A stretch of DNA of 61,496 bases, the filler included, from Dugesia japonica (taxonomy: Eukaryota): NCBI GenBank assembly GCA_001938525.1. It is 6 parts of 6 records of this genome, joined end to end, with 100 filler letters (N's around TTAATTAATTAA, not from the genome) between each part and the next. Parts side by side here need not be neighbours in the genome. Positions count along the whole stretch, not along the records: positions 8,945 to 21,505 come from MQRL01602253.1; positions 21,606 to 30,335 come from MQRL01604039.1; 4 more parts are not named here. One strand, written 5' to 3'. Made by a program: the position numbers and the translations under genes. Of this stretch, positions 11,995 to 25,860 are shown in pieces. Numbering within the stretch: the stretch's first letter is position 1; every line of letters starts with the position of its first letter. The notes under the pieces were generated by a model, which saw only the letters and a program-made list of their open reading frames with translations, ran no database searches and had not been told where the DNA came from.

Positions 11995-14769
11995 TTTGGA
12001 GAGGAGCCCGGAACTGGAACGTAGAGCATATGAGCACAAGGTTTGGCCCGGAGATGGAGCAGAAATTGGAGCACAATAATTTTAATTGCTCCACTACTCC
12101 AGCTTATTAAAAAATACATTATGTAATAGATTTACTACATGTGCTAAAGTAGATATATTAAACTAGTATATACATACATTGCGTACACTCATTTCATTGT
12201 TGGAGTTTATATCAATCCACGATATAGGATTTTACTGATTTCATCTCACAATTTGCAAGCTAAAGAAGAACCCTTAGATATTGACCAAAAGCTTGTGAAA
12301 CAAAATGTCCTTTGACGTTTCAATAAACTGCAATCGAGTGAAGAACTACAATTAGTAACAGTAGAATCAGATCAACAAGAAAATAACTGTGCCATTGCCA
12401 TGGGGATAAATTTTTCAAAAGATGATGATTTTGAGAAAGAGCTTAATAAACAGGAAAATTTAATAAATACACAATTCCAACGAAGAGTTTGTACAATTTT
12501 TTAATGAAGATTGTGAAGTCATGGAGGGTATGGGTAGGCTCAAAGTTAAGTCAGTTTTCGAGGCAATTTATAATTATCCGGAACGAATTCAAGATGCATG
12601 TCAAGTTGCTTCTAGTATGTCCACTACTCAAGCAAGTGTCGGGCGAGTATTTTCACCTCTAAAACTAATATTGAATGACTTAAGGCAATTGATGAAAGAA
12701 AACTTACTCTCAGCAGTTTTATTTCATACAATAAATAACTAAAATTCATATTGTTTGTATGTAATTAGTATATATTTGTAACAACTTGAAATAAAGTTTA
12801 TTCAGTTAATTTTTAGTAAAAAACTTTTTTTCTTTCAACATTTGCAGATTTGTAATTTTTATAAATTGTCCTTGGTGCATGGAGCAAAGCGGAGCAGGGG
12901 TGTAGTCAGTGGCGTAGCTATGACTCAATGAGATCGTCTAGTGTAGACTAAATCTGAATTTATTTAGTCGGCTGGATATAGAGTTCCAAATACTTTTCTT
13001 TAGAGAAAAAACTTAGAAGAACTAGTTACTAAATTAGAAAAAGACGTAAAATTTCCACTGAGAATAAATCAGTAGAAGATTGAACTGAAAAATCATACTA
13101 GAAGAATGGAATTCTTTACCGAGTACATTTGGTGCACAGCAAAATAATTAGCATCTGCACTATTAACTATGTTTGGATCATCATATGCGTGTAAGTAATT
13201 GTCTTCTTCTCTGAATTTTCTTAAATCTTCGCAAAGCAACCGATTTAGCAAAGAAATATATATCGTGTGTGTAATATTAAATAATACTCATTATGAACAT
13301 CGCATGAGAAAATTAGCATCTAATAAACAAACTTCCCATTAAATAAAATAATTTTGTCATTTTATTAACATTAGTATTAATATTTTACAAAATTATTTGG
13401 AAAATTACAAAATGAAAAAATATTATATTATATAATTATAATATTTTATATTATATATTGCCGAACATGTCATGTTTTACTGCCTAAATTTATTGTTTGC
13501 TTAAATATTTTAAATAAAAGTGCAATTTTTTAATTTGAAAATTTATAATTTTCCTTTTAATCCATTACGAAGTGGTAAGATGATTATACCTAATTATTAT
13601 AAATAATCTTTTTTTGTTTGTTAATTAGATCCCAAAATGAAAAGAACGAGAGATAGCGGTGCTGCTTTTAGAAAAAAGAGAAAGACAAATGAAGAAGAAA
13701 CAGAAAATAGTAAAAGAGCACTGGTTAGATATTACAATGGTGAACAAACAATTAATACTGCACATGAAGAAACTAATATTGCTGCACCTGAAATAAATCA
13801 TGCATCTTCATAAACTATAATTACTGCGCCAAGCTCAAGTTCTTTAATTACGAGCGATGAAGTGTCTGAATTTTTGACTTCTAACCTAAAAGACGCTGGT
13901 CTATAACCAAGCAAAATTAGTCATCACACAGGAATCTTATTCGTACATCAAGGTGCGTCTGTAATCCAACACTTAGATTTAAATTTCGGTGAAACCATTT
14001 GTAAAAGTCCATCAATTAAAGGAAGGAACAGAAAACTTAATCGTGATTGGTTTTTCCTAACCTTGCTAAATAGCGAAAGAATGTTACGGTCTTGGTTAAT
14101 ATACTCTCCTTACAAGAAAGCGCTCTTCTGCTTTTCCTGCAGAATATTTCTAGCTGAAAATTGTTCAAATTAAATGAATTTAATACTTAGTGGAAACTTA
14201 AAACTAGGCTGCTCGAACATGAATCCAGTGTGGCCCACGTTAAAAAATTCATGTAATGGAAAGTGCTGGAAATTAGAATTAGTTGCCGAGCTACTATTGA
14301 TAAAATATAAAAGAAAGCTATTGAAAACAATTAAAAATTATCAGTTGATGATTGAGAACACCTTTAATTGATGATTGTTAACCATCTTGGGTAGATGGTT
14401 ATATTATATTACTGCGCTTTTTTATTTTTATACCAATGTATACAAACAACTTTTGCATGTCTCTTTTATAAAGTATAATTTTAATTCATTTATTTTTAAT
14501 ATTTTATAATTTGTATTTTTTGTGTTTTTTATATTCTAATTATTATTTAAATTACAGCGCTTTTTCGTTTTTTTACCAATATAAGTATTTAAAAAATTTT
14601 ATATTAAATTAATTATAAGGAAAGTCAAATTTTGTCTTAATAAATGTATGAGGCGCGGCAATTTTAAGGATCACCCGAGCGGCACATACCCTGGTTACGT
14701 CACTGGGTGTAGTACCGGAGCTGAACTAAAGCAGGGCATTATAAAAAATTTGACTGCTCCAAAGACCTG
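11995..14769 (+). mobile_element. Internally deleted hAT element with GGAGC subterminal repeats; host of a nested insertion
   Basis: hAT C-terminal dimerisation-like TTQASVGRVFSPLKLILNDLR at 12521-12742; GGAGC repeats at both ends; right terminus GCTCCAAAGACCTG at 14769; left end degenerate. Confidence 0.75.
12907..14705 (+). mobile_element. Nested non-autonomous hAT (Tip100-like) with TIRs and perfect 8-bp TSD
   Basis: Left TIR CAGTGGCGTAGC, right GGTTACGTCACTG; GGTGTAGT at 12899-12906 and 14706-14713; TTF-type Zn finger RSWLIYS..LFCFSCRIF near 14087-14150. Confidence 0.9.
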
Positions 14770-15241
14770 AGAAAAACCAATATTTCGAAATTTTCTAATA
14801 TAAAAATATTTATTCATAATTAAAAAAACAAGTTGAAATCTATTAATTTAATTTTTATAAAAATGTGAAATTTTTCAACAACAAAAAAAACCAATAATAG
14901 AGATAAAAAATACTGACAAAATTATAAAGTTGTTTTGATTGATAAAATTTTTTAATCTAGAATTTCGATAAATACAAGATAATAAAACGTAAATATATAT
15001 ATTATACAGAATCGTCATTTTAATCGCGGTAAAGAACTTTGATAAGACTTTTGTCGACGATTATCAAAGCTATATGATCGATTGAAATTGTGTTTTTAGT
15101 TTTCGGTTTAATTTTATTAAAATCCTGAGTAAAAAAATGGAAAATCTACTTTTTACTTTGAAATTTGTATTTAATTAAATATTGATTTTCCATTAAAAAA
15201 AACTATCAATACTAATTCATTTGATATCCATTCGTTTAAAA

Positions 15242-15344
15242 CAGGGATTTCAAACTCAAAAGCTAACTTGGGCAAAACAAACCGGGTTTATTTTTAGGTG
15301 GGCCGCAAAAATGTTCGTTGAGGGCCACCTGTTTGACACCTTTG
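15242..15344. mobile_element. hAT/Charlie-type MITE
   Basis: TIRs CAGGGATTTCAAAC / GTTTGACACCTTTG, internal GGGCC motifs, 8-bp TSD GTTTAAAA / GTTTATAA. Confidence 0.8.
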
Positions 15345-16399
15345 GTTTATAAAATGCTGAGTCTGTTGACAAATATTAGTTTATACAATAGAAAATGTCC
15401 GATTTCATAATTCTTTTGAAAAAAAGAATAAACTNTTACATAAAATATGGTTTATTAATCAAAGCAATCACAATGACAAATTAACACATTTATACCAAGA
15501 AAATTCAAGCTTTTTAATTTCAGTTTTAAAAAAATCTTAATTTCTGGAACTGATAAAATCGAAAACGGTAGCTTTGATATTGCAAGGAAATATGATTAAA
15601 GAAATGATAATACGTCAGAGGATAAGGCAAAGGTTCAAGCTCAAGTTTACTCAGTTTTGGCACGGTTACTTTTAAAACATATGGTCAGGTATTAAACTTT
15701 CTTATTGATCAATGCAGGTTCTTAATATATAACTTCTGATACATTAGTGAAGGTTCTGCGCAGTATTTGTCTGTTGTGGTAGTTTCACTTGACTTAAGAA
15801 TGGAAAGATTTATCACACTAACCTTAGACCAGAAAATATTAATAAGATGCTTTTGTTTCCATTGATCACGAAAATTCAAGAAGAATAATGGTGAATTATT
15901 TGATAATAATGAAAAGATTTGAGACTCTAGCTAGATTGAAAAAACTTTCTGCGTTAAACATTTAAGAATGAGAATTCTATGGAATTCAAAATCTCACTTC
16001 CAAAATTCAAAGATATACATAACTTTATATCCTTCAATTAAAAAGGAAGATAAAAGATTTGCATTATATTTAGTTATCCATGCTAAATGAAACACTGCTA
16101 CTGAACGATCAATGATTGCAATTATTTTGGAGGACGACGAGATTCAGACAGAGCAAGCAATTACACCGTGAACTCTCTTGATATATCAATAATTGTATCG
16201 GTTAATGAACCATTAAAATGTCATAGTGTGATAGATAACAAAACTAAGCATAAAGTAAAAAGTAAAGATATTATGGTCATATCTACATCAAAAGGAAATA
16301 TAAAAAACGATGATGCGGCTCCAAAATCAAGGATAAATCTGAAGAAAGCTTAATTGGGAGAAAGCTATTCAATAAAATGACATTCTAGTTTATTGATAT

Positions 16400-17700
16400 T
16401 CAAAGTCATATTTTCAACAACAAAGTCTCAGTGATCCAAAATTTGGATTACAATAGCAAAGATGAACACATACACATTATTGAGGCATGTATTAATTTTG
16501 ATTTTTACCAAATCTTTAAATCATTTACAGTTATCTATGTTAACAATTATAGTTGAATGTTCTTTTTGCATTTAACTGTAAATACATGATCTTGGATCCA
16601 CTTTAAAACAGTATTCTAATCTAAGATTCGATAGAAATGTCCAAAAAAATATTTAAAATCGTGAAAAGGGACTAAAAAGGAAATTTATATGAATCAAGAG
16701 AATCAAATTCAACACGAAATACAAATGAATGGTAACGACTGTGGACCACTAACCTGTTGGTACAATGTTAAAATTCACAATGGTAAAATCTCGAGGGACA
16801 TCAACATCGAAGAGATACGTTCATGGGTCTTTGAAAATACTTCTCAAAACTTAACTAATGATGCTAGAAAAGATTACACATCTTCTACAAGAAAAATGGG
16901 CTCTGTCAATGCTGTATTGAATTTTAAAGACACACATTTAATGAAATGCGTGTACGAAATTGTTTCTTCCTCAAAACAGACAGTATTGAGCATTGACAAC
17001 TCAAGTTGGTTAGCTAAAGAATATGAAGACATTATCAAGAAGAATATTTCTTATAGATAATTTATTATCAAACAACTTGTTATATGCTTATTTATTCTGA
17101 ATGCTTTTTGTCTCTGACCAAAAAAGTAAAATATCCTACCTAATGGATACATAGAACAATTACTTAAATAAAATAGAATATAATGCCGGGCTCTCTATGA
17201 ATACAAACTTCAACTCTTTCTTCAGAAATAAAGATAATTTGTAAGCTATGTTTTCCACAAATCCGCCAATCCATGGTATTTCAAGCAATTCATATAATAA
17301 TCCATTAATAATTCGTAACTTGCAGAATTATTAAAAAACGTCATTAATCACGAATTAATCTTAAACTTGATAGGATTAAAAACAAATTGACTCCCCTTCT
17401 AGAAATTTCAAAAAAAATCGAAGAAATTAATCCTCTAACATACTCGGGCTTATGGGTATGAATAAGTTCTATTTTACTCTAATAGAGAATCTTTATGATG
17501 GCTGCTGTTCCTACTACATCTGTTTCAATTCCTGTGTTGGTCAAAGATGCTCTCTTTCAATGTTATTATTCAACATTGGTTTTAACCCAATCATCACAGA
17601 ATTTTCTCTTGTAAAGAATGCTGGTGCTTGTATAAGGTAAGTTGTGTACCTAGGTCGATGATATAACCCTGATCGCAACTGATAAAGTCTCAACTAAAGT
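16400..17700 (+). mobile_element. Decayed non-LTR retrotransposon with Ulp1-like (C48) protease upstream of RT (NeSL-like)
   Basis: QMNGNDCG motif in ORF 16689-17060; RT motifs LIENLY..VGQRCSLSMLLFNI..P and *VDDITLIA (YADD-like) at about 17650-17680. Confidence 0.75.
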
Positions 17701-17949
17701 TGTTCACAATCAAAATCTTGGAATTCTTTACTGCTTCTTCATCCAACAAGTAAGAAGAAACACTCTTCCAGTGAATCGTCATCTACACAATGAAAAGGAT
17801 AAAAAGAGATGACTTAAATTTAATTACGACATTGAATCAAAATATCACGTAATTCATACTATGTCATTAACAGACATAACATAATAATGAGCTATCTTTT
17901 TTACCTTTGAAGGATTCCAACTCAGATTGAAAACTAGAAAAATGCAATA

Positions 17950-18880
17950 AATTACAAACATAAAATTTGTGCGATATATGAAGACAGTCCAGTTTGCAAA
18001 TTCATATGTCAGAACCAGTTTCAAAATTTTTGTACTGATGATACAACGTGTTAATATTGTGAACACTCGGATTGACCATTGAGAATAGATGATGATCAAA
18101 TCAAAGGTTTGATTCAGAAAAATCCATATTACACAACATGTAAGATTGAAGTCGTTGCCAGTGTATCTCAGAAAGCTATTGTGAATCATTTACGTAACAT
18201 GTAATATGTGTCTCGTTACAATGTTTGGGTGCTACACCATTTGAGTGAAAGAAATTTAATCGATTGAATATCAATCTACAGTTCATTGCTCAACCGAAAT
18301 GAAGAAAATTCATTTCTCAAAAGAATTATTATGAGTGAGGAGAAATAAATTTTATTTGNAAATGTACAGCACAAAAGATCTTATTGAAAGTCTGTTGAAC
18401 GACCACAAATCACAATTGTGAAAAACATTCAATGAAAAAAGGTCGTGCTGTAAATTTGGCGGAACTGAAAAGAAATCGTACATTATGTGTTGATTTTACA
18501 AAACGAAACAATCGATTCCAGTAAATACAGCACCAAGTTAGATAAATCGAAGCGACCGGAATTGGGCAATAGATTAAGTGTAATATTTTAACAAGATAAC
18601 AGGAGATCTCATGTATCTTTTCGGATCCGAGCAAAGTTGTTGCAATCCAGCACTATCTCAATTTTCTTTATTCAGGTCTTTACAGAATTTGCTTCATGAA
18701 AAACATTTATTTCTTTAGAAGCTCCATAAAAACACCTGTAGTAGTTATTATCTCAAAAAAAATGAGAAATTCTGGAAGAACGAGATTTTCAAATTACCTT
18801 ACAAATGGAGAATTGTTGTTGAGTTGCATGGTGCAAATACTATTGAATAAAATGTATTTGTATAAAAATTGTCTTATTAC
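17950..18880 (+). mobile_element. Decayed mariner transposon
   Basis: IDDDQIKGLIQKNP..TT..VNHL..SRYNVWVLHHL (WVPHEL-like)..FLKRIIMSEEK (TGDEKW-like); multiple stops. Confidence 0.85.
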
Positions 18881-20226
18881 TCAATCCAAGTGATATTTTA
18901 CTAAAATTTTATGTTTATAGTATATATTGCAAATATATTAATTCTTTATTTTCTTCAATTTAATATTTTCATAATAATTATGACACTTAACTTATTTTAA
19001 TAATTAAAATTCAATTATTTTCTTTTCGATATTTTCATTATAAAACTTCATTTTTGCTTGTTTAGATTACGATTTTTACAACTTTGATATCCGGATAATT
19101 TTATTAAATATATTTATTTTCTAAATTGAAAGCATTTCATCAATTAATTATAAATTAAAAATGATTTAACCTAAAATAACTGAACAATCACACCACTTAA
19201 TGGTAAATTAGAAACATCCAACAAATTATTTCGAATCAATTCATTAGCATAAAATTCCTCAATATTTTTCTTCGATAATTAATTTTTAATTACCTTAAAA
19301 ATTTTAAGTAATTTATTTTAGTTGATTATTTTTTTTCAAGAAATACTAACAGGATTAATTGTAAATTTTTAAATTTTCTTGTTAATCCAATTCAAAATAA
19401 AAACATTAAAATGCGCAATTTTTAAAATTATTTCTGAAGTTTTATTTTTTTTCCTTTATTACAGTGATAGGCTAACTTTTTCAACATACCACTTTATTTT
19501 TTCGAAATTTAAAGCAGTACCAAAAACATTTATTTAAATTCTTTTTTAAAAAAATTTAGAAAAACAAAAATAAAATCTTATTATTATTTATGTAATATTG
19601 AAAATCAATGCGATATATGACCTTGGAGTTGTGAACAGATTTTTTAATCTTCAAAGTTTTTTCGCGACACTTCTTACTCACCACTTATTTATTAGATCAT
19701 AGATTCCAAAACTTATTTCGCCATTCCGCCTCTTTAGAAAAAAATATGATATACGCATTTATTTCTACCTACGTCCTAAAATTTTGTCTTTAGCGGTTAG
19801 TCTTTATATCCTTACATTATAAATGAAATTAAACGCACATAATCTACAATATTATTTAAAAAAATGAAATATGTACGAATATGTTTTAATTCTTCCTTCC
19901 TTCTTTATACTTTGACCGCTTCCTTATTTTTATTCAGCGCCTTCAATGCATCCGAGACTACTATAGATCCCCAGGGAGCGGTATCGCTCACTTTGTGAAA
20001 CACTGTATTATATGATAGATTGTGAACAATGTTTCTCTAATTTTTGAAGGGTTTGTGCACAACTTTCATTGACAGTGCAATTTTTAAAATTAATAAAAAT
20101 TTTATGCTTTATATACCTTATCGATAACCAAACAAAAAAAACTAACTTTTAATAATAAGAAATTCTACAAAACAATAGCAATTAATTTATTACATACAAC
20201 ATATAAATTATAAATATGATACATAA

Positions 20227-21480
20227 TTAAAATACAGTTTTCTTTCTCAATGTTTTTCTCTGAAAAAATATTATTAAGATAAATTGTTCCTCCGTCTTGA
20301 AGGTAGCTATAACCCGCCTCAGCATTTCCAAATGATCTAATAGTAAACGATTCCTAAATATAGTTTTCAAATTATTCATCAGGCTGAAACAATCTGCACT
20401 GGAAACCAAAAATGTTTCCCCAATATCTATCAATTTTGCCAACTTCGTAAATTTATCATTCTGAAATGCTAAAATCAGCATTTCAGAAAACCTGTTTATT
20501 AATTTGCCTTTGACTTTTTCCAAAACTAGGAATTTAAAGTCATTGAACTGTTGAATAACGACTTCTTGGATGTACTTCAAACAAAGTGAACGTAAATGTT
20601 TAACTCAAAATTCATAATCATAATATGTTGTTCTTATCAAGTCAAATTCAGCCCATTCTTGAATTTCATTTTCAAGGAGTCATTCCTCCAATTGCAAACA
20701 CAGTATATTAATAAATGCTAATATCGAATCTGCTTTCACTAAAACATTTTCAGAGGTTTTGTCATGGAGACCTTTAGCGTTTTCACTCCATTTAATTGTG
20801 CCGTCAAAATACTGCGTTCAAAATGTTTAAATTTTACTTTGTCCTAAATGATATGCTTTCAGTGATGTCAATCAGATAATGCATCATTCAGAACTTCCAA
20901 TTTTACGCAGAATTGCTGATTTTTGAGCTTTTTTTTTAACAATACATTGAAATAGGATCATTAATATCATTTCCACTCTTCTCTTTAAAATATTTAAATA
21001 AAATTTCATAATTGTAAATAATCGATTGAAGTGCAAAATGTTTAGATAACCTACGCACCTCTTTTAAAGGTTTACAAGCAATTTATTCGCATTCTGAAAT
21101 ATAAGCCAATTCATTGAATTGTACTTTTTTAGTGAAAGACCGACTAAATACTGTTTAGACTGTTCATGAAAATTTCTACTTCTTTCACTAAATTGATTCA
21201 GATTCCATGATTCAGAAATCCCTAAATCTTCACGACGGGCAGCAAAATGTTGCTTAATTAAATGCAGGACGTCTTTTTTCAACTGAACTGCAACACCGTT
21301 TAATTTGGCTAACATAACAGAAGTAAACATAACCATTTTATTGAGATCCAAATTATGTTTTTTTTGTAAAACCCTTTAATGACATAGACTATTGATGTAG
21401 CATTACAAGCATCTAATTTGATCATTCCACCAAAGGAAGTTTTATACTGAAATGAATTTGAAGGTCTATGTTTGAAATAA
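20227..21480 (-). mobile_element. Decayed hAT-family (ZNF862/KIAA1586-like) transposase
   Basis: LDLNKMVMFTS-VMLAKLNGVAVQLK..QHFAARREDL resembles SDGASVMLG..GV..HCVAHR.L; C-terminal SSADC..FSLMN.LKT..RNRL. Confidence 0.75.
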
Positions 21481-21505
21481 AGTATTAAATATTTATTAAC
21501 AGAAA

Positions 21506-21605
21506 NNNNNNNNNNNNNNNNNNNNNNNNNNNNNNNNNNNNNNNNNNNNTTAATTAATTAANNNNNNNNNNNNNNNNNNNNNNNNNNNNNNNNNNNNNNN
21601 NNNNN
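21506..21605. other. Artificial scaffold-joining spacer 2
   Basis: 44 N + TTAATTAATTAA + 44 N. Confidence 0.95.
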
Positions 21606-21684
21606 TATTATTATTATTATTATTATTATTATTGTTATTATAATAATAAATAATTAATAATAGCAATAACAATACACGTTTTAG

Positions 21685-22780
21685 AGTTGATTTCGATAGT
21701 GATTTGAAAAGTAAAGCTGCAATTGTTGAACGTGCAAAAATCATTGCAAAAGATTTTATGAATAATCCATCGTCAATGGATAACAAATATAAAAAATCGA
21801 ACCAGGAAGAATATGGATCTGTTCTGAAAACAGAAAAGCGTAAATCAAACTATAAATGGATTAATAAAAAACACAATGAATTAAAGCCTGCAAAATCTTT
21901 TGAAAAATCTTATCCAAATTCTGCCAATATTGATAAAACCCAAACGAAAATCAAGTTGAATTTTCTACAGGAATCACAATTAACATCAGAACAATTGGCT
22001 AATACATGCAAGAATAATGTCAATATAACTAATAACAACGATAATAGTAGTAAATCGCTGTCGGTGTCTGTGGATTGCGTCACCAATATGATGTTACAAA
22101 AACAAATCAATGGATTAAATCCGTCTGCGTTAGAGTTTACACCAAGTGTTGACAAGAAATGTAGTGAAAAACCAGATAAATATTCAACAGAAACAATGGA
22201 AAATAATTTGAAAATCCTCAACATGAATGGAGATGTTGCTAGTCAACAGCAGCATCAACCGATTTCCAATCCAGTCGTTCTCGATGACGGATTGATCAAT
22301 CAACCATTTAACTTTTCCTATTACGAGCCTCATTATCACCCTGCTGGAAAAATGACCGCTTCGAATGATTCGAATATGCTACAGAACATGTTCCAATATC
22401 CTACAATGCCTGTCGCTCGTCCGATTTCCCGAATCAATTACAATCCAACTCAAACCATTGTGCCACAATTTCAAGTTGTTCCACAACTAATTCGCTATAA
22501 TCAATCGCAAAATCTCCCAGTTAATTATTTCGTTTACAGTCCTGTCATGTTTAATGGAATGTATAATCCGATTCTTTCTAATCGAATATTCCCAATAGCT
22601 CCTACAGACATTCCAGCAGCTGGTGGTAATTTGACAACACAATTTGCTCATCCATTCAATCACAATACAAATAACCACATAATCTCTGTGCCCAATAGTC
22701 AACCGTATTTCACCGATTCTCTGAATAATAACAACAATAACAATAACAATAACAACAACAATAATTCTCATATCAGATAA
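21685..22780 (+). CDS. Terminal exon of a PAM2-motif protein, probably ataxin-2-like
   Basis: Acceptor ttttAG at 21683-21684; GLNPSALEFTPS fits the PAM2 consensus LNxxAxEFxP; ERAKIIAKDF resembles the end of an LsmAD domain; Q/P/N/Y-rich tail ending in poly-Asn. Confidence 0.65.
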
Positions 22781-25700
22781 CAATAACAAAAATCACTTTC
22801 TTTCTTTATGAATATTTGCAATTCGTCACTGAAGAATATCCTCTACATTATTCATTCATTATTCAAACTAAAATATGAGAAGATTATTTTTTACTAAAAA
22901 GCCCATTTCGAAAAAAAAAATTATTAAAAAAAAAACAAACAAAATTCAATAAAAATTCCACTGTTGTTTTTCTTTATGTTTATTTTTAGGCTTTCATATA
23001 CACGATTATTAGATATTGNNNNNNNNNNNNNNNNNNNNNNNNNNNNNNNNNNNNNATTACTTGGTATCATTTGCCTGTTAGTAGTTCTCTTCTAACTGCT
23101 GGCAGTTGTCGATTAATTGTTATTTATTTCTATTTCATCGCAAATATTATTAATAATTATAATTCTAATTTTAATGGTATTTGTGTATTTTATAATGGAA
23201 TCCGTTATTTATTAAATAATATTTGATCGATGATTCAGTGTGTGTTTATATTTAGCTTATCAAGTCCATGGTTTTATTACTACAGAAATCTTGTATATTA
23301 TTTTTATTGGGGGAAAAATAAAAATTTAATTCATAATTTCTCTGTAATTTAATTTTTACTTTTCCGTTAATCAACGCTTATTGAAAACTTATAAACAAAC
23401 TACTGAGAAAAGAAAAGAAAGACAAAGTTAACGGAAATTATTTAGTGTTTTGTTGTATTGCGCCTGCGTTTGTGTTGTTCGTGTGTGTGTGCGCGCGTGT
23501 GTGTTTATATTGTTTTTTTTGCTTTTAAAAAGATGTGCGAGATATTTACAGTGTTAGATTTATTAAAATTATTATTTGTGATAAATCGATTTTTTCTAGT
23601 TTTAGAAAAAAATAAAAAACTAAGTTTGACTGGATGTGCTTTATTGTTATATTTATATTGAAATTATTTTTTATTCGTAAATAGAGACAAATCGATGATA
23701 TAAATTGAATTATTTTTATTCAGAATTCAATTTGATTGGTAATTTGTTTGGTTTTTTTTTTGATTGTGCTGCAATAATTGTAGGGTTTTTGGATTTTTTT
23801 CGAAACTTGTTTTATATATGCACTTCTGATGTTGGCAGTTAGGTTTCAATAATTATGTTGAAGAATTTTTCTATTTTGTACATGATATTCGATAAATTGT
23901 ATTAATCGTTTATTAATATGACGAGTAATTTATAAATTGTATTTTCATTGAACTTTGATAAAATATAAAATTGAAAAAATGTTTTTCTTAATTTGTCAAT
24001 GAGCTCGTAAAGATTTGATTTTAACTATAAAAAAAATTTAAAGCCCATGTTTCGTGATAAAATAAAATGATCTTTTTATCTATGAAACTCCCGATATAGA
24101 TAAAATAAATTTTCAAGTATTGTTAATTATGATTTTCGTTTATTAGTTAGAATAATTTTAGTTAATGAATTAGAATTATAAAGTAAATTCCAATTTATGA
24201 ATTTTCTGTACGCATAAAAAATAGGAGATTCGAGTATTCTGTTTTTAATATACTGTAATGATTACGTTGATAAGTATGAAATTACGTTATTTCTGCGTCT
24301 GTTATTTGGAGTTTTTGACCTTTATATAAGGTCGAAAACATACTGTTGATTTAAAATTTGAAATATTAATCTAGGTCATTATCAATGTAAATATTTAATA
24401 TATGCGTGACATCAAGATCATGTTTGTTATAATATTAGTTATCAGAAAATTTTCTTTTTCGTAACGCATTGAATCATCAATTCATCTTATGTCTTTGGGT
24501 ATTAGTTTTTTTAATAAATTTCTTTATTTTCATTTTCTCGTATTGTAGTTAAATTTGTATATAAATTCTTAATATTTATTCATAAAATCAAATAGCTAGT
24601 AAAATGATGCTCTTCTCTATCTGGTATATATTTCGTTTTGTCGAGGTTAGCATCCATAGAATCCTATATCTGTTGAATTTGAGAATTAGAAGTAAATTTT
24701 CTTGAGGCCTTAAAATTTCTTTAGAAGTAGGTGTTTAGAGCTTATATTGTAGGTATGAATTAAACGTTCCGAAAAACATCATATATGTTCTCAAATACTT
24801 TAGGCACCATTTATTTAATTATAAAATATTTTCCAAACAAAAAGTTTCATTATATTTCTTTATTATATTAATTTAAATTTTTAATAATTATTTAATAATT
24901 TACCTGCTTATAATTTATTTAAAATGAATTAATTGTGTTTTAAAGTTTTGATTTTAATTAAATTAAAATAACTTTATTTAATTTAACAGAATTGTTATCA
25001 ATTTTCGTACGAATAACTAGAAATTTATTTATAATAAAATCAATACTTTTTGATTCTCGATCTAATTCAAAAGCTTGCTTTGAGTACTCCTTAATGTTGA
25101 GTGTTTGAAAATGGTTTAACCTTTCATTTCATGACTTTCTTTCTAAAAAAAGAAAAATATCATCGGAATATCATTGCATTAATTTTTAAAAATATTACTC
25201 TATTATGTATAAAAAATAAAAAATATGTCTCACAACTTACCTAGTTTTAAAGAATTATTTTTATTTGAATAAAAATATTTTTTTTCACTTGGTTCTATCG
25301 CAGCTAAATTGTCACCCACACTATGTGGAAACAAACTGTCAACTTGCAAACTAAAAACACTAATTGAATCAAATGCAGTGCCTCTAGTGGTAATTTTTTG
25401 TACTACATATAATAGGTAAAGTGTTTAACTATTCAACAACAGTATGAAAGAGTCAGATATTTAATTACGCATAGTATTTATTAGTGAGTATTTAGGCTTG
25501 TAGCAAATTTTCTACAAAATGAAATAAAGGATTAAATCATTTTAAATAGTTTACTCAACATTATCTTTACCGTAGACCGTTAGAAATAATAAATAAACGT
25601 CGACCAGTAAATTCAATTACAATAAACTATTATTTTAGAAAATTGTTATTATTTATTTCGATATACAAAATTTATTTATCATTATTTTATGACTTTTCTG

Positions 25701-25860
25701 TGAACCGGTGAAATATTTCTACGAACTAGCTCACACTCATTTGTAATTGTGAGAAATATAGCAAACTTGTTATTATTTTCTACAATTATTGATATTTTCT
25801 TGAAAATAATACAATATATTANNNNNAATTATAAATTGGCAATAATTCAAGTCGAAATTA

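Noticed and set aside
21910-22789. Minus-strand ORFs 21910-22224 and 22487-22789 (likewise 238-483, 26860-27102, 57118-57300, 59414-59776)
   Set aside because: Antisense shadows of genes or TE ORFs on the opposite strand
25375-25391. CTCF-like motif (reverse complement CCACTAGAGGCAC)
   Set aside because: One base short of the consensus, single occurrence, no supporting evidence
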